A stretch of 59,238 nucleotides of DNA from Folioceros fuciformis (lineage: Eukaryota): the NCBI GenBank assembly GCA_049999805.1, contig JBNGIO010006356.1, forward strand, positions 202,416 through 261,653, given 5' to 3'. Under the pieces are notes generated by a model that saw nothing but the letters and a program-made list of their open reading frames with translations, did not search any database and was not told where the DNA came from. Both the position numbers and the translations under genes were made by a program. Shown here in pieces: positions 1 through 13,346 of the stretch (position 1 is the first letter of the stretch; each line of letters starts with the position of its first letter).

Positions 1-93
1 GTTAGTCATCATTGTTGCTCATCATTGTGTCATTTGCTCGTCACTTGTTGTTAGTTATCATTGTTGCTCATCATTGTGTCATTTGCTCGTCAT
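1..93. repeat. ~50-bp tandem duplication (window edge)
   Basis: ttagt(c/t)atcattgttgctcatcattgtgtcatttgctcgtca occurs at about 2 and about 51. Confidence 0.8.
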
Positions 94-453
94 CGTGTCC
101 GCATTCTTTGTGTTAAAACTAAGTTGATTCAATTCTATATTTGACACGCTACCACTTGCTCTCTCTTTCCATAACCGAGAGTGTTTCCAATAATTTTTAA
201 TGATTTTCTCTTTAACATCCATACACCAAGCTTTTTTATCACAATGCAATTGGGTAAGTTAGATATCTATATTATTCATGCTATTTTAAGCATTATATAT
301 ATATAATTTTTATAATATAAAATTAAAAAAATATTTATAAAATTAAACTAGAGTGGTTGGGAGTGCCCATTTTCATAAAAAAAAGTAACATATAACATTT
401 ATAAAGGTATAACATTTAGGTAGGTCACATTTAGAGAGGGTTGACTATAATAT

Positions 454-595
454 AAATACTGGGAAGGTAATGTTATGTACCATCTATGTTAATGAGGTTG
501 TTCTAGAGACCCATACGATTATGTAAATATTGGGAAGGTAATGTTATGTACCATTTATGTTAATGAGGTTGTTCTTAAGACCCATACAACTATGA
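454..595. repeat. 71-bp tandem duplication
   Basis: aaata(c/t)tgggaaggtaatgttatgtacca...gacccatac...tatg occurs at 454 and 525. Confidence 0.85.
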
Positions 596-804
596 AAATG
601 ATGAACCTAGATACTGATTTTATAAAATAATATGGTTTAGAGACATGACATTATGATTTTACAACTTATCAATCACGTTAAGGTTATTTGAATCTATTTT
701 TGTAACAACAAAACTACTTCACCACTTGTTTGTGAGAGGGCACAAGATGTAATGCCGCTAACTTCCTTCCAATAGACCGATATGCTCCTTTACGTACATA
801 TAGA

Positions 805-924
805 GTAGGGTTACATTGATCTCACTCGCCTACTTTCGAACGAGAGGTCTATGTATTGTGTCTCGTAGGGTTACATTGATCTCACTCGCCTACTTTCGAA
901 CCAAAGGTCTATGTATTGTGTCTC
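805..924. repeat. 60-bp tandem duplication
   Basis: gtagggttacattgatctcactcgcctactttcgaac...ggtctatgtattgtgtctc occurs at 805 and 865. Confidence 0.9.
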
Positions 925-1104
925 TACTCTCTTGAGACAAAAAGAGTGACTTGCTGCCTTGCCCTCTAGAGAGCATTAGCATAGAGCAGGACACGAAAGG
1001 CTTGGACAATGGGACGATGTGACGACAATAAGAGGCAAGAGGATGTATCTGGGGTTATCTGGATCTTATTTGATTACTTTCTTGCAGCAAGAAGAGTGTC
1101 TCGT

Positions 1105-1392
1105 TACCCTGTCCTGTCCTCTTGGAAGAGCCTTTGGGGCACCTCAGGGCACTAGCAGGAGCTTCTACAGGGCATTGGCTACCCTGTCCTGTCCTCTTGG
1201 AAGAGCCTTTGGGGCACCTCAGGGCACTAGCAGGAGCTTCTACAGGGCATTGGCTCATTAGAGCACTAGCGGAAAACTAGGGCATCATCACCACTTTGAA
1301 AGCGGAAAACTCGGATCCGACCACCAGGGCATCATGGACTTTGAAAGCGGAAAACTCGGTTCCGACCACCAGGGCATCACCGACTTTGAAAG
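1105..1392. repeat. 75-bp perfect tandem duplication followed by ~45-bp repeats (about 3 copies)
   Basis: taccctgtcctgtcc...gggcattggc occurs at 1105 and 1180. agggcatca...actttgaaagcggaaaactcgg.tccgaccacc units run 1280-1392. Possibly the non-coding part of a transposon. Confidence 0.85.
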
Positions 1393-3177
1393 TGGGTGTG
1401 GAGAATTGTCTTGACATCAAGGGTATCTCCTCTTGGGGGTATTAGGGAATGATTGAGAGAATCTATGATGAAATATTCAGACCACAAGGGTTTTTCCTAT
1501 TGAGAGCATAAGCGGAAAGATATCTACATGGGCCTCTCAAACAACAAGGGTTTCTCCTCTTGAGATTGGAAAGATATCCAAACAACAAGGGGCCTCCTGA
1601 GCGCATTATTTGAGAATGATTATCTCAGCAACAAAGGTATGGTGCAAGTCTTCAGAGCTTTAGTTTGAGAACTATCCAGACAATCAAGGGTATTCTTGGA
1701 GCATCACAGAACTATTGAGAGAACACGAATATTACTAGAGCATCGGAGAATTGTTGAGGCCTTATGGCGAATAGCAACACCATAACAGAAGGGTTTCATG
1801 AATCTTCCTTCGTTACTTCTCTTCTCTGGGACAAGGAGAGTGACCTCTAGTAGCCTCTAGTAAACACCAGGAGAGAACAATCCATGCAGCAAGGATATCC
1901 ACCATGCAACTGCAGCAAGACATGCACATACCTTCTTATTTTAGGGGTATGTCTTTCAACTCCTCTGATATACAAACCTCTGTGAATAAATACAGGTACT
2001 GGTTGATGGTTTGAATTAGCTTCATAAGGTTGGACAATGCTTACAGGTAACTTCAAGGACTGGATGGTGCAAACCTCATGCTAGCTATTGCAGAAGGAGA
2101 TGCATCTTCAAGAATTTAGTGGTATGTGACTCTTTCCATCTCCCAACAACGGATAGTATAGAGAATTGTGTGAATAATTGGAGGACTGAACTATGAAATC
2201 TGTTTTGCACAACTCTTGGTACCTAGAGCATCACCAGAGGCTATTATTTGTGACTCGATAGTTACCATAAGAGGCCAAGGGACGGTAGGATTGGAAACTT
2301 GACATCCCCAAACTCAGCTGGTTTGTGATACACAGAATGCGACGTTTGTGATGTTATATTGCTTCTTGCCTGGGTGAAAGTGAGGTAATTGTGAGTTGGG
2401 GACTGACGGCATCAGAACGAAGCCGGTAGGTTTTCACACTTGCTTCAGCAAGGCGACGCGATCAGTGGTCTGGTGATGCCGATTATCGAGGAGGCTTCCT
2501 GTACCTTGTACGATGCTGTGCATGCTGGAGAGGTCTCTTCACGGCTGCTGGATTCCCGACTTTCTCACCACCTTAACCTGGTAATTGTGCTAGTAGCACT
2601 ACTGGCTCGCTCGGCACCGTGATGATCTTCCCTCCCACCCTATATATGCATCAGGGGTGGAAGCAGGATAATTTGTCCAGTGGAATTGCATTGCCCCGCA
2701 GCAGGGTAGTACTGTCGGGCCGCAGGGTGCAGCTGGGACTCCCACTTTTCGAATTGGGCTGTCGCGCGTGTGTCAACCCGCCGTCTGCTTCGACGACGTG
2801 GGTCCTCGCAATTTCAGTAGCCAGTCCGGGGCTGCGTAGACGAGCTTCTTCTTGATCTGCCGGTGTCAGCGTTCCTGTGGTGCAATTGGGGTAGTTTGGT
2901 TGGTGACGGCCTCTCGTATAATTGTTGTGAAGCTCCGAGGATGCGCTACGAGCTAGGGCACCAACATACCTTCTAATGCTTCTTATGCGACCGTCGCTGC
3001 GACCCTTTCTGCGGAGTTTATGGACGGGAACGTCGGTTGGCAAGGAATGGAGATAGCCTCAGCATCATAGGACGTAGGAGTTTCCTCGTTCGAGCGTCTG
3101 CCGGTCCCAGAACTCGTTCCGCGATGAGGTGCCGTTGTTGGTGGTGGAGAAGCTGGTACTGACCCTTAGCAGGGGCG

Positions 3178-6100
3178 ATGGATGGTAGAGACAACCTCGA
3201 GGCCGTGTGTCGGGTATTCCTTTTTAAGCCTCTTCTCTTTTTTGTCAAGGTTTTTGAAATTTTGTCGTCTCAAACCTCGGAGGCTCACCGATTTCTTATG
3301 CAGGAGTGTGGAAGGCTTCTGAACGCGGCCCCTGACGCTCTTGATGCCTTCTTTTCTTTCAGGATAGGCTTGAGAAATTTCGCATCAAAGAGCTGAAGGA
3401 TGTACTGCATCGGCTTGGTTTGCCCAAGCAGGGCAAGAAGCAGGTTAGCTGACTTTTTGCTTCCCCTTCTGATCTCCTCTGGTACTTGTGACTGATCTGC
3501 CTCATAACATCGTAGGAAACACGTACCGGCTTTCCAACCCAAGCTCGGAAATCCTGTTGTGTGTTCTGTTCCTGCATTTCGTAGCAGCATAGATTGCTTC
3601 TGAGATTGCAAGTACAGCAGTCTGAAAATGGTTTTTCGGGTGTCCCACTGGTCAGTCACGCCATGGAACGTTTTCTTATATTCTTATTATGCGGGATTTT
3701 TTGGTCCGTCACATACATGAATAAGTGGGCATGCTAGTTCTTGGCTGACACCTTACCCGTGTTCAGCTGTTCGGTGAAACTGGCCGGCAGACTGCCTAGC
3801 CCTCCAGACTTTACTGGGGAGTCAACTCTCACGATGAAAGAAGTTGTCCATGTCTTTGTATTTCACCAGCAACTGTATTTCGTGACCAGATAAAGTTTTT
3901 GGCAACGCACCCTTGGATATCGTGCTGGGAGGTTTGGTTAGATGCAGTTTGTTGCAACTTGGCCTTCTGCTATATGTTTGGCTTTGTTTCAGAGTCTTTC
4001 CATGCTTGTGGCCCTATAGCCAAGTGTTTGTTCCCATCAGATCACAAACTCATGAAACTCCTGGGCCTCGGTTGATAGCTGTAGAGGTCTTAGCTGTTCA
4101 CTCTGTTTGTCAGGTCATGGTTCACACCTTCAATGCCAATGACTTGCTGGATTTTCTGGAATGTTTGGTTTGTTCTGAATGTGGTGCCCTGTTGTTCTGT
4201 TGGTGCTCCGAACACACAATCTCAGAAGTTCGTTTGAATCTCTGGGCAATATTCTGCTACTGTAGGCTGTGCGTAATATTTTGACTTTCTTTTAGGATCA
4301 TCTTCGAGGTCTCTTCCAAAAGCTCGGCAATTGTCTTGTATGCAGTAGCACTCTAGGTTTAGTTACTGTTCACGCGTTGACCCCGTGTTGTATACCTGTT
4401 TGGTGTATGCTTCTGTACCTCCATCTGTCATTGTGCTTGGTTGACGCCAGTTATGATTTTTTTACTTTCATGCTATTGGTATGTAGGTGCTCAGGGACAA
4501 GATCATGGCAGTGTTTGCACCTGGGGAAAGACAGGCAGGTGAGAGTTGTGGTGTCTACATTTGATTGATTTCACTCGATGAACGTGGCAAATAGTTTTAT
4601 GAAATCTGCTAGTTTCAATATCCTGCCTGTTGGACTGTTCACCACAGTTGTAAGGACAGGAGGGAGGACACCGGGGAGGGAGGAAGCAGCCAAAATCATC
4701 GCCGACATTTACAGGTAGGAATGTCCGTTAACTTGTTTGTGATCAACTCACTGCAGAAATTTCGGATCAACAGGTCCAGCGTGATTTTGGAGTCTTATTG
4801 TTTTCTCGAATCAGGAAACTTCAAGGCCCTGCAGCCCCTGATTTGGCAACTGGGAGAGCAGCGGCATCAAGTAGTGCTCGGTCAGAGGAACCTGATAATG
4901 AAGTCCTAGTCGAGAAAAAGGAGACCAGATGTCCCTGCGGAAATGCTTCTGAGCAAGAAAACTTGATTCAGGTACTGATAAAAGCAATTTCTGCATGCGC
5001 TTTTGTTCATGTCTTAGATATCCCTCGTATATTGCAAAGTTTTCATTGTTCCTAGGTCTGCAGTTGGGGTTCATACTTCAGACCCTTACGTTTGTCTGCA
5101 AATTTTGCAGTGTGATGATCAAAATTGCAGCATCTGGCAACATCTAGGCTGTGTTGTTGTTCCTGAGAAGGCCGAAGACGCGTCTGTTCCTATGCCTGCG
5201 CAGTTCTACTGTGAACTTTGCCGAATAGCACGAGGAGATCCGTAAGCCTTTATCCCTCCTGTTCAAAGGCTGACACCGAGCTCTGCCAGTGAACTTGCTT
5301 TTAAAAGCCAACACAGACTTCTTGTGTGTGCGCTTACATTTTTGGTGCGGTGATGATTAGGTTTTGTGTCTCTCTTGGGAACCCGCTATCACCTACGAAG
5401 CTGTCAGGCTCGGCTCCAAAGATTGAAGGGTTTGTGCTGAGGCTTTTCCCTCAACTCTCCCATTGGCTTTAGAAGTGTGTACCGAGTTGATAAATGTTCT
5501 GCTCTGGCTCCTTGTTAACAGGTCACATGTAATGCAAAATGTGGAGAGAGTTTTCAGAATCTCAAGGTCAGAGAGGGAGCTGATTACCAAGCCCAATCAT
5601 GATTTACAGGTGGGCTACCTGTATGTTTCAAAGAACATGTGGGATAAATAATTTTGTTTTTATCTTCCGCACAGTGGCTGTGCCTTCTCAAGTGTGGAGT
5701 TTTCTCTCTTTCTTTTTTGTAAATTTCAGGTCTGGTGTGTCTTGCTCAACGACAAGGTTCCCTTCCGAATGCATTGGCCTACATATGCCGATTTACGAAT
5801 TAATGGTATGTAAAGCGTTGTCTAAAAAGTAGCTGACAGCCTGTGTGACCGTCTCATGGCCTAATGTGAAGGACCTGTCACTTGGTTACAGGGCTCCAAG
5901 TTCGCGTGACAACTCGTCCAGGGCAACAAGTTCTGGGGCTGAATGGTCGGGATGAAGGCCCTGGGGTGTGTAAACATGTCATTAGATGTAAAATGTAGAC
6001 TAATTTCATTTTGCTACGTTGTACTCTGTACCTTTAACCTGCTAAAATACGGATTGGTTGCAGATTGCAAGTTTGCTTAAGGATGGAGATAATCGATTAT

Positions 6101-9008
6101 GTCTCTGGAGTAATGATGCTCGTCAGTTCTGTGTTGGAATCAGAATTATACGCCGGTTGACTATGGCTCAGGTATACTTCATTTCATTTTCAGTTTTTGG
6201 ATGTGTATCCTTCACCCATACGTTGCATTTTTCTCAATGTGGAACTGTCGCCTTGTCATTTAGGTTCTAGAGAAAATCCCAGATGTATCCACGGGGGAGA
6301 ACATTGATGAGGCATTGGGCCGCGTCCGCCGTGCAGTGACTGGTGGAGCTGCTGAAACTCCAGATGGTGATGAAGATGACGATTTAGTTGTTTTGGATTC
6401 AATTACAGTGAACCTGCGCTGCCCTGTAAGCCACCAGTACACTTTGTGTTAGGAGTTTAAAGTTGCTCGTCACTGCAGTGAGGTGATATTTGTGAGTTCT
6501 GCAAAGCATGTTTGCTCAGGTGCTCTTTTGTAAACGGAAGAGAATTTTTTGCTTGATACAGATGAGTGGCTCGCGCATAAAGACAGCAGGAAGGTTTAGA
6601 CCCTGTGCTCACATGGGATGTTTTGATTTGGAGACCTTGGTGGGGATTAATCAAAGGGCACGAAAGGTGTTGTTCGTCTCTAGCCTGGCTACTTCGCAGT
6701 TCAAATAGAGTTGGTTCGGGTTTGTGAAAATTGTTGTGCAATCTATAGGGTGTCTGAGTTATGTGACCTTGGCTTGATTAGCTTGATTGCATAGGTTGTT
6801 CACTGATAGAGTGTAACTGGAAAGAGCTTTCATTATCATGTTACTTTAGCCGATAACGGAACTGTTGGATGAGTTGCAGTGGCAGTGCCCTATTTGTCTG
6901 AAGAACTTTTGTCTGGAGCACTTGATTATTGATCCTTTCTTCAATCGGGTGGCGTCAGCGGTAAGTGTGTGTAGCAGGAACGGATTATATGAAATTGAGC
7001 AATTTTGCAGGCAAGGGATTCTCGTTTTAACGTCTTTACAGGTTGCCATTTAGAACTTATTTCCTGTTAGTTGGACTGTTTTTCATTTTTTTGGCAGATG
7101 AGAGGCTACAGTGAGGATATAACTGAGGTTGAGATGAAAGCTGATGGTGTCTGGCGACCCAAATTAGAGGGGGAGGCTGGCGCGGGAGAACCTTGGCGCT
7201 CGCCAGAAGGTTCCATTATTCAGTCGAATGGCGTAGCCAAAAATGCCACTTCTCAGCCTGATTTCGTAACAGTAAAAGTAGAAGAAGGTCTTTCTCCTCG
7301 TGGTGGACTAAGGCCTCCCAATATAAGACTGAAACGCAGCAGGGTTGGACAGTGGGGTTGGAACGGAGCTAAGCGTGTCAACGGCGTTACTTCACGAAAT
7401 GTTGCAGGTCCAATTCCTCAGAAGCCAACAGTTATTACAAGAAGTACGTCTGCCACAGCCAGCAATGTAAATGTTGGAAATGGGGATGATGAAAGAAGCG
7501 TGAATCAAGAACCCAGTGATGGATCAGGTGATGCCAATGGTGGGATGCGTCCGTCAGCAGTACATACCTCTGGCCTGTTTGACACAAGCCGGTCCATGGC
7601 CCTTGCAGGCCCAAATGATCCTGGGGATGTCATAGTGTTGAGCGACAGTGATGATGAAGACATTCTTGTACATTACCCAGTTGCACAAGCGGGTGGTGGA
7701 GATGTTGGCATGGCAAGAAGGTCTCCCGAAGTTTTGTCGGATGAGATCCGAGGTGAGCCAGATCTAGCACCAGACAGCACGGGCCTGTCTCTAGGAGCTA
7801 TCCCAATTTTGCAACCGTATAGGCAAGTAAATCCTCTTTCACCTGTTGGCGCACAGTTGGTATCCTCCCCAGCAGGTGGCAACAGCGCTTCTGGGTTTTT
7901 GCCCCTGGATAAGAACAACGGGTTCTGGAATGGATCAGGTCACAGCTTTGTGTTTAACAGTGCATCGGATACTGGACCCGCAAATCTGAATCAGCTTACA
8001 CAACCTTTAAGACCAACACCACTTCAAGCTGTGGAAGGGGCAAACTATGGTCTATCCTCTCAACCTAATGGCAGATCCTTCAATGTGGGAGGAGTGGGAA
8101 CAGTTTCACCTATTAGACACTCAAGCTATGATCGTAATTTTGGTGGCGAAAATTCGGGACGGGATTCCCCAACAGAGTCACCATTACACATATTCTTGCC
8201 TCCACAGCCTGCAAGAGCTGTTGAAACCACGCTGCGTGGGCCTGTGCTGCCCGAAGATGATGACATCCACAATTCTTGGTTCTCTTTAAGTTTAGGTTCT
8301 GATATGGGAATGGAGGCAACTTTGCCAGGAACAACGGCACCTGCTCCGGTTCCGGGGGGAACCTCTCAAGCAAGAGACCATCTGGACACTCTCACAACGA
8401 CAGGTATTGAAGGGTCACTCTTGGTAGGCACTGTCACCCGTTGACATTCTTAGCCTTTGCGTTGTAGTTCATGAGCATTCACCATGATTAGACCCTGTAT
8501 ATTTATACACGTCTTCCGGCCATGTCCCAAAGCGTAAGTATTGGGAGTGAAGAGGGACTAAGCACTAAGTGAGCATTAAGTTACATTTCTTGTACAGTAG
8601 CGAGGTGCTTGTGGGTTATGAGTGCGGGCAAACTTTTTGGTTGATGGTGTAGAATACAAATCTTGCCCAGAGGTTTAGGTTTATCCATTAGGAAGAGGCA
8701 TGATTAATCTGCAATGTCTAATCTGAGATGTGTGTGTGAACAGAAAGGTAGGCAGTAAGGAAAAGAGCTGGTGGCTGATTGAGTATGTTGGAGATGGAGA
8801 CTTTGAATGATAATGGCCTTGCTGGGTTATAATGCGGATTTTCTGTGTGGCAGCAAATGTTTTACTAGGAATGACGAGTCGGGATTCGCCAATGTCGGCT
8901 GAACCTATGACTTCTCTGCAAAGGAGTTTAGTGCATCCTACTCAGCGTCGCAGTGTACCCAACAGTTTGCGACGTCGCTACTATCGGATTGATTCTGACT
9001 CCGACTAA
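3178..9008 (+). CDS. SIZ1: SUMO E3 ligase SIZ1 (SAP, PHD, PINIT, SP-RING, disordered C-terminus); about 16 coding exons
   Basis: Exons read by hand: 3178-3213 [12 protein letters not shown]; 3363-3443 [27 protein letters not shown] (SAP); 4487-4538; 4648-4714; ~4815-4971; 5111-5241 PHD (CSIWQHLGC...FYCELCR); PINIT exons 5361-6171 ([17 protein letters not shown]); SP-RING VNLRCP/MSGSRIK...[15 protein letters not shown] at ~6263-6960; 7098-~8403; last exon ~8854-9008 ending YRIDSDSD*. Confidence 0.95.
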
Positions 9009-10717
9009 GTCACGGAGGAGTACATAAAAACTTGGTGCCTGAAATTAATGCGATAACTTGCATCTTCAATTGCGTTGTGGTACCATGTAGTTGCCTCTGT
9101 ACATGCCTAGTGAAGTAGCCGAAATGCTGGTACCAGCACGCCCGGGTTCAGTGCTGAAGAGACTTCGGTGGCGTGTTCATCAGCAGCAATAGTATGAAGT
9201 TATGGTAAGATGATTGTGGATGGCAGGATTGACATCCTTTTTGGTGGTTTGTATGCCCGTAGCCCTGGCCTCCCTTGTTATTTGGGATTAAATTTTTGGA
9301 CAAGGTTAAGGTAATGTAGGTTGAGGTGATTGACTCGATGATTCGTTTGTGAGGCAGGCACCCAGTAGCCAGAGGAAATTAGCTGGAGAGGTGTCAAGTG
9401 TCACTTGTTTCCGTCAGCAGCAGCAATTGAATCAGACCAGTCTGCATAGAGCTCGTCATCCTGTTGCACTACTTGGTAAATCCTGGCCGCCTCTGGTTGT
9501 TGAGGATCAGGACAGAGTACATGTCTTGAAGCCTCTGGAGCCATTTAGTGAGTGTGTGGTGCTTCACTTAAATCCGGCTTATAGACGGGAAAGATGAGCC
9601 GCTGAGCCCTCTGTGCCCTTTCTGATGATCTTTGCTGCAGTGCTGTAAGTGGATGTCCATAACCCTCGAGCGTCTGCTGACCGCGCCCGTCACCCTCGAG
9701 CCCCGTCTGGCTGTCCACGGCTTCGGCGTTTTTTTTTGTAGCATGGCCAAGCTAGCTGTAGCATGTGGTATTTGGCAGGTTTGCAGTCTTGGGGTTGGGG
9801 GCTTTGCAGCTGCCAAGAGGCAAATTTCGTATCGAAACGAACGAGGGTGGCGGAGGAGAGGGTGTGGGGTAGGGCGTGTTGTCGTGGATTTATGATGGTA
9901 GTGCTGGGATGGGTTGGGATCATTGTTAGGGAAAGCATGTTGTAGACTGCTCCGTCCTCTTGGTCATCTCCTCCAGGGGTACTCGCATGCTAGACGTGAC
10001 GGGCATGCACTCTTTGGTGCACGGCGTGTTGCGTTCGGAGAACATGGACATGGAACGTGCTTGTTGTGTGCCACTTTCGAAACCTCGTCACAGGCTCTCC
10101 GAACAGCAGATGAACATGAGCGCAGTAGCAGTCCGTGAGCGGTATCACGGATCGGTGTCCAGCGAAACAGGTTCTGCCGAACCTACCGGCCACGGCAAGC
10201 AGGTCGTGCCGAAACGAAACTCAGCTCTAACATGTCATTTGTCTTGAGATTTTTGCCAGGAAAAATAGATGACGCGTCCCACGCGCGCACAGTCGCCGGG
10301 CTTTAGGTGGCAGAAAGAGATGAGCACCACCAGATACTGTAAGGGACGTGCATCATAGTTAATTCAAACCCGAACTCAGTCAATAAAATAGAAATAAATC
10401 AAAATTTTGCATTAAAAAAGAATCTTACCAATTGTCCGGGTTGCAGCGGGACAAGCGCTCTCTCACCCGTCTTCCAGAGTCAAACCCGAGTCCGAGGCTA
10501 CTGTTTGAGCAACGATTTGTCTGTGGTGTTTCTGTGTTTCCTTGCGAGGAAGAGGGAAAGTGAGGAGGTAGCTTCTCCCCAAGCCCGCAAGCAAACACTA
10601 TATATAAACTTTGGAGTCTATGATCTGGAACGACAGCAGGCTTGGAGGAGTTGCTGGTCCAGGCTTGCCCATTACGAGGAACCCCGAGCGTGGGTTGAGG
10701 CCCCAAATTTCATCTCC

Positions 10718-12292
10718 ATGGGTGAGAATGCTGCGGGAGAGGGGAGTGGGAATTGCCTGGGATGGGCAGCCCGCGATGAGGGAGGCCATCTCTCTCCTTA
10801 CAAGTTCAATCGCAGGTTATACAGTGCTTCCGCATTTCTCACTTTTGTCTAGCACACCGCATCCAGTCTTGCAACGGCTGCATATCGGAGAACGTGCTTT
10901 GCAGGCCCACCGGACCCAACGATGTGGCCTTCAAAGTCGTGTTTTGCGGCCTGTGCCACGGCGAGCTGTTTTGGATCTTCAACAAGGACAACCGCGCAAG
11001 ATATCCCATGGTCCCAGGGTGAGGACTGAATCGATCGAAACCCCGGCTCTGCCTCTGCCTCTGCTTCCGCGTCTCTGTGTGAGGGACTGACTTCCCTTCC
11101 TTCCCCCTACTCTCCCCGCCCCGCTCACCTGCGCCACTCTCCCCTGCCCTGCCACTGCAGACATGAAGTCACAGGCGTGGTGACTGAGGTCGGGGCCAAC
11201 GTGAGCCACCTCAAGCCCGGCGACAGGGTGGGCGTCGGATGCGTCGTCAATTCCTGCCGGAGCTGCGACAACTGCGCCAACGACGAGGAAAATTACTGCG
11301 CCAAGGGCTCCGTCTTGGCTTACAACGGGGATGACGAGGATGGCACCATCACCATGGGCGGATGCTCCACCTGGATGGTCGCTCACCAAAGGTGAGTCCA
11401 TCATGCCGCCGGCCCATGTCCTGTCCCGTCTTCTCCCACCCTTCCCGTCCCACATTTTCGGGCCTGCTCCAGGTACGTGCTGCGGATCCCGGACAAGCTG
11501 CCGCTGGATGCGGCAGCCCCGTTGCTGTGCGGAGGCATCACTGTCTACAGCCCCATGATGCGGCACGGCATGAACCAGCCCGGGAAGCACCTGGGGGTCG
11601 TCTCTCTCGGAGGCCTTGGCCATCTGGCTGTCAAGTTTGGGAAGACCTTCGGCCTCAACGTGACGGTCTTCAGCACCTCGGATGGCAAGAAGGACGAGGC
11701 CATCAACCTCCTCGGGGCAGACCACTTCGTCAACTCCTCCAACGCGCAGCAAATGGAGGTTTGATGCACTCCTCCCGGGACTCCAACTTCTCCTCACTCG
11801 CGCCCTAAACCTTGCGTGCTGACTCTCCCCCCTTGCTTGCCCTGGCCCGCTTCAGGCCGCTCACAACACCCTCGATTTCATCGTCGATACTTGTCCTACG
11901 GTCCATCCTCTGGACGATTACATCAAGCTGCTCAAATTGGGAGGCGTGATCGTCATCGTAGGCGTCGCCCGCGAGCTCAAATTCTCTCCGATCCTCCTTC
12001 TGCTCGGTAAGTTCCAGTGCAGAACCTTCGAGCAGTGTTTGTTTGACTGCCGGTGCAGGACAAGCTCCTCACTGAGCCACGTGGTGCCGCAGGGAAGAAG
12101 ACTATCACCAGCAGCGGCACTGGTGGGATGAAGGAGATTCAGGAAATGCTTGAGTACTCGGCAGAGAAGGGCGTGTTCCCGCTCATCGAGACTGTACCTA
12201 TTCAGGACATCAACACTGCTCTGCAAAGGATGGCTAACAAGGATGTGCGATACCGATTCGTGGTGGACATTGCTAACAGCCTCAAAGAGTGA
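10718..12292 (+). CDS. CAD1: Cinnamyl alcohol dehydrogenase-like MDR, CAD1 clade; 6 exons
   Basis: Exons 10718-10815, 10905-11018, 11161-11391, 11473-11758, 11856-12006, 12093-12292. Motifs WAARD, PMVPGHE, structural Zn C-R-S-C-D-N-C...[42 protein letters not shown]. The MMRHxMNQPGK and C-terminal motifs resemble Arabidopsis CAD1. Confidence 0.9.
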
Positions 12293-12796
12293 CGAGGGAA
12301 CCAGTTCACAATCACAACGCTACATTGCACAGTCACAACAGAAAAGAGCCTCTTGATTGTTTGTCTGTCTGCTTGCAGGGGAAATTGGAGTGCATTTCGG
12401 CTCAATGCTTCCCACTGTATGTATGAATTTGCAGCCTTCTCACTGCAAAACAGGAAGAGTTGGTTGTTTCTTGGAATGCTCCGACTATGTACTCTTAAGT
12501 TGGTATTATGAATGGTACTTCTCTTACCATGTGCTTCTACCCGACCCACCCTCTCGCCCACAACCCTACTCGCTTTCCTACCCGTCCTGCACCTTTTCTT
12601 TCGTGCCGAGGCCACGCAACACATCCTCTGGCCTCATAATGAAACGTAGATTCCAGGTGTCTTTGTGTAACGACAATGGTCGCCTGGACCCGTGCCGACG
12701 CGCAGAGGATGGTTGCTGGAAGAACGCTATTCTTGACGGCGTTGAGCACCAAGACACTCGTAAATAGTCTCTACAGCTTGCACCCTGAAACGGATG

Positions 12797-13312
12797 TCAC
12801 CGAGGCCGCTCGAGATCGGGCCTTGCATCTTCCACATGCTCCATCTCAGCGGCGTGGAAAGCGTTTGGAAATTGGCTTGCAATACGGGACTTGAGGTGCC
12901 TGTGGAATCGAAGCAGTGGAAACGTCACAATCAAGCTTTCCTCCACGCAAAGGTGCCCGAACACCAGTAGGGGAAGTGAGGGATGACCTAATCCGCTTGA
13001 AGATATGATCCAGGTCGGCCTTCATGGATGTGAGCATGCGAGTGTTTCTGGAGAAGTCGTTAACAACAGCCGCATAGCTGCGTTCCGAGAAGTCGTTGAA
13101 ATGAGACAGCACAGCGGTGCTATCCTGCAATCGTCCCAGTCTGCCATGCAAAGTCCAAGATGAGACAACAAAAAGAAGCAAGGAATGCATTTGATGCGAA
13201 CGCACATGAGCAGCTGCAGCTGTTTAACGCGGTCCACATCGCTGTCCTTCAACAAGCCCTGCAGCTGCTCGGCTGCTGATGCCGCTGCATCTCGCGCGGG
13301 ATCCGAAGCCAT
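12797..13312 (-). CDS. KXD1: KxDL motif-containing protein (BORC/BLOC-related subunit); 3 exons
   Basis: Exons 13312-13206, 13140-12988, 12899-12797 splice in frame to MASDPARD...LGRLQDSTAVLSHFNDFSE...MKADLDHIFKRIRHLKSRIASQFPNAF...DARPDLERPR*. Confidence 0.9.
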
Positions 13313-13346
13313 CGCTAGGGTGGTGACATGAGGCAGCAGCTATTTC

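Noticed and set aside
1019..1261. 80-aa ORF with an internal repeat
   Set aside because: A by-product of the 75-bp tandem duplication.
2400..4400. Possible gag-like ORFs on the minus strand
   Set aside because: The region resolves into the SIZ1 5' region, its first exons and a 1-kb intron on +.
9349..10250. Short ORFs between SIZ1 and CAD
   Set aside because: No recognisable motif or consistent splice pattern; left unannotated.
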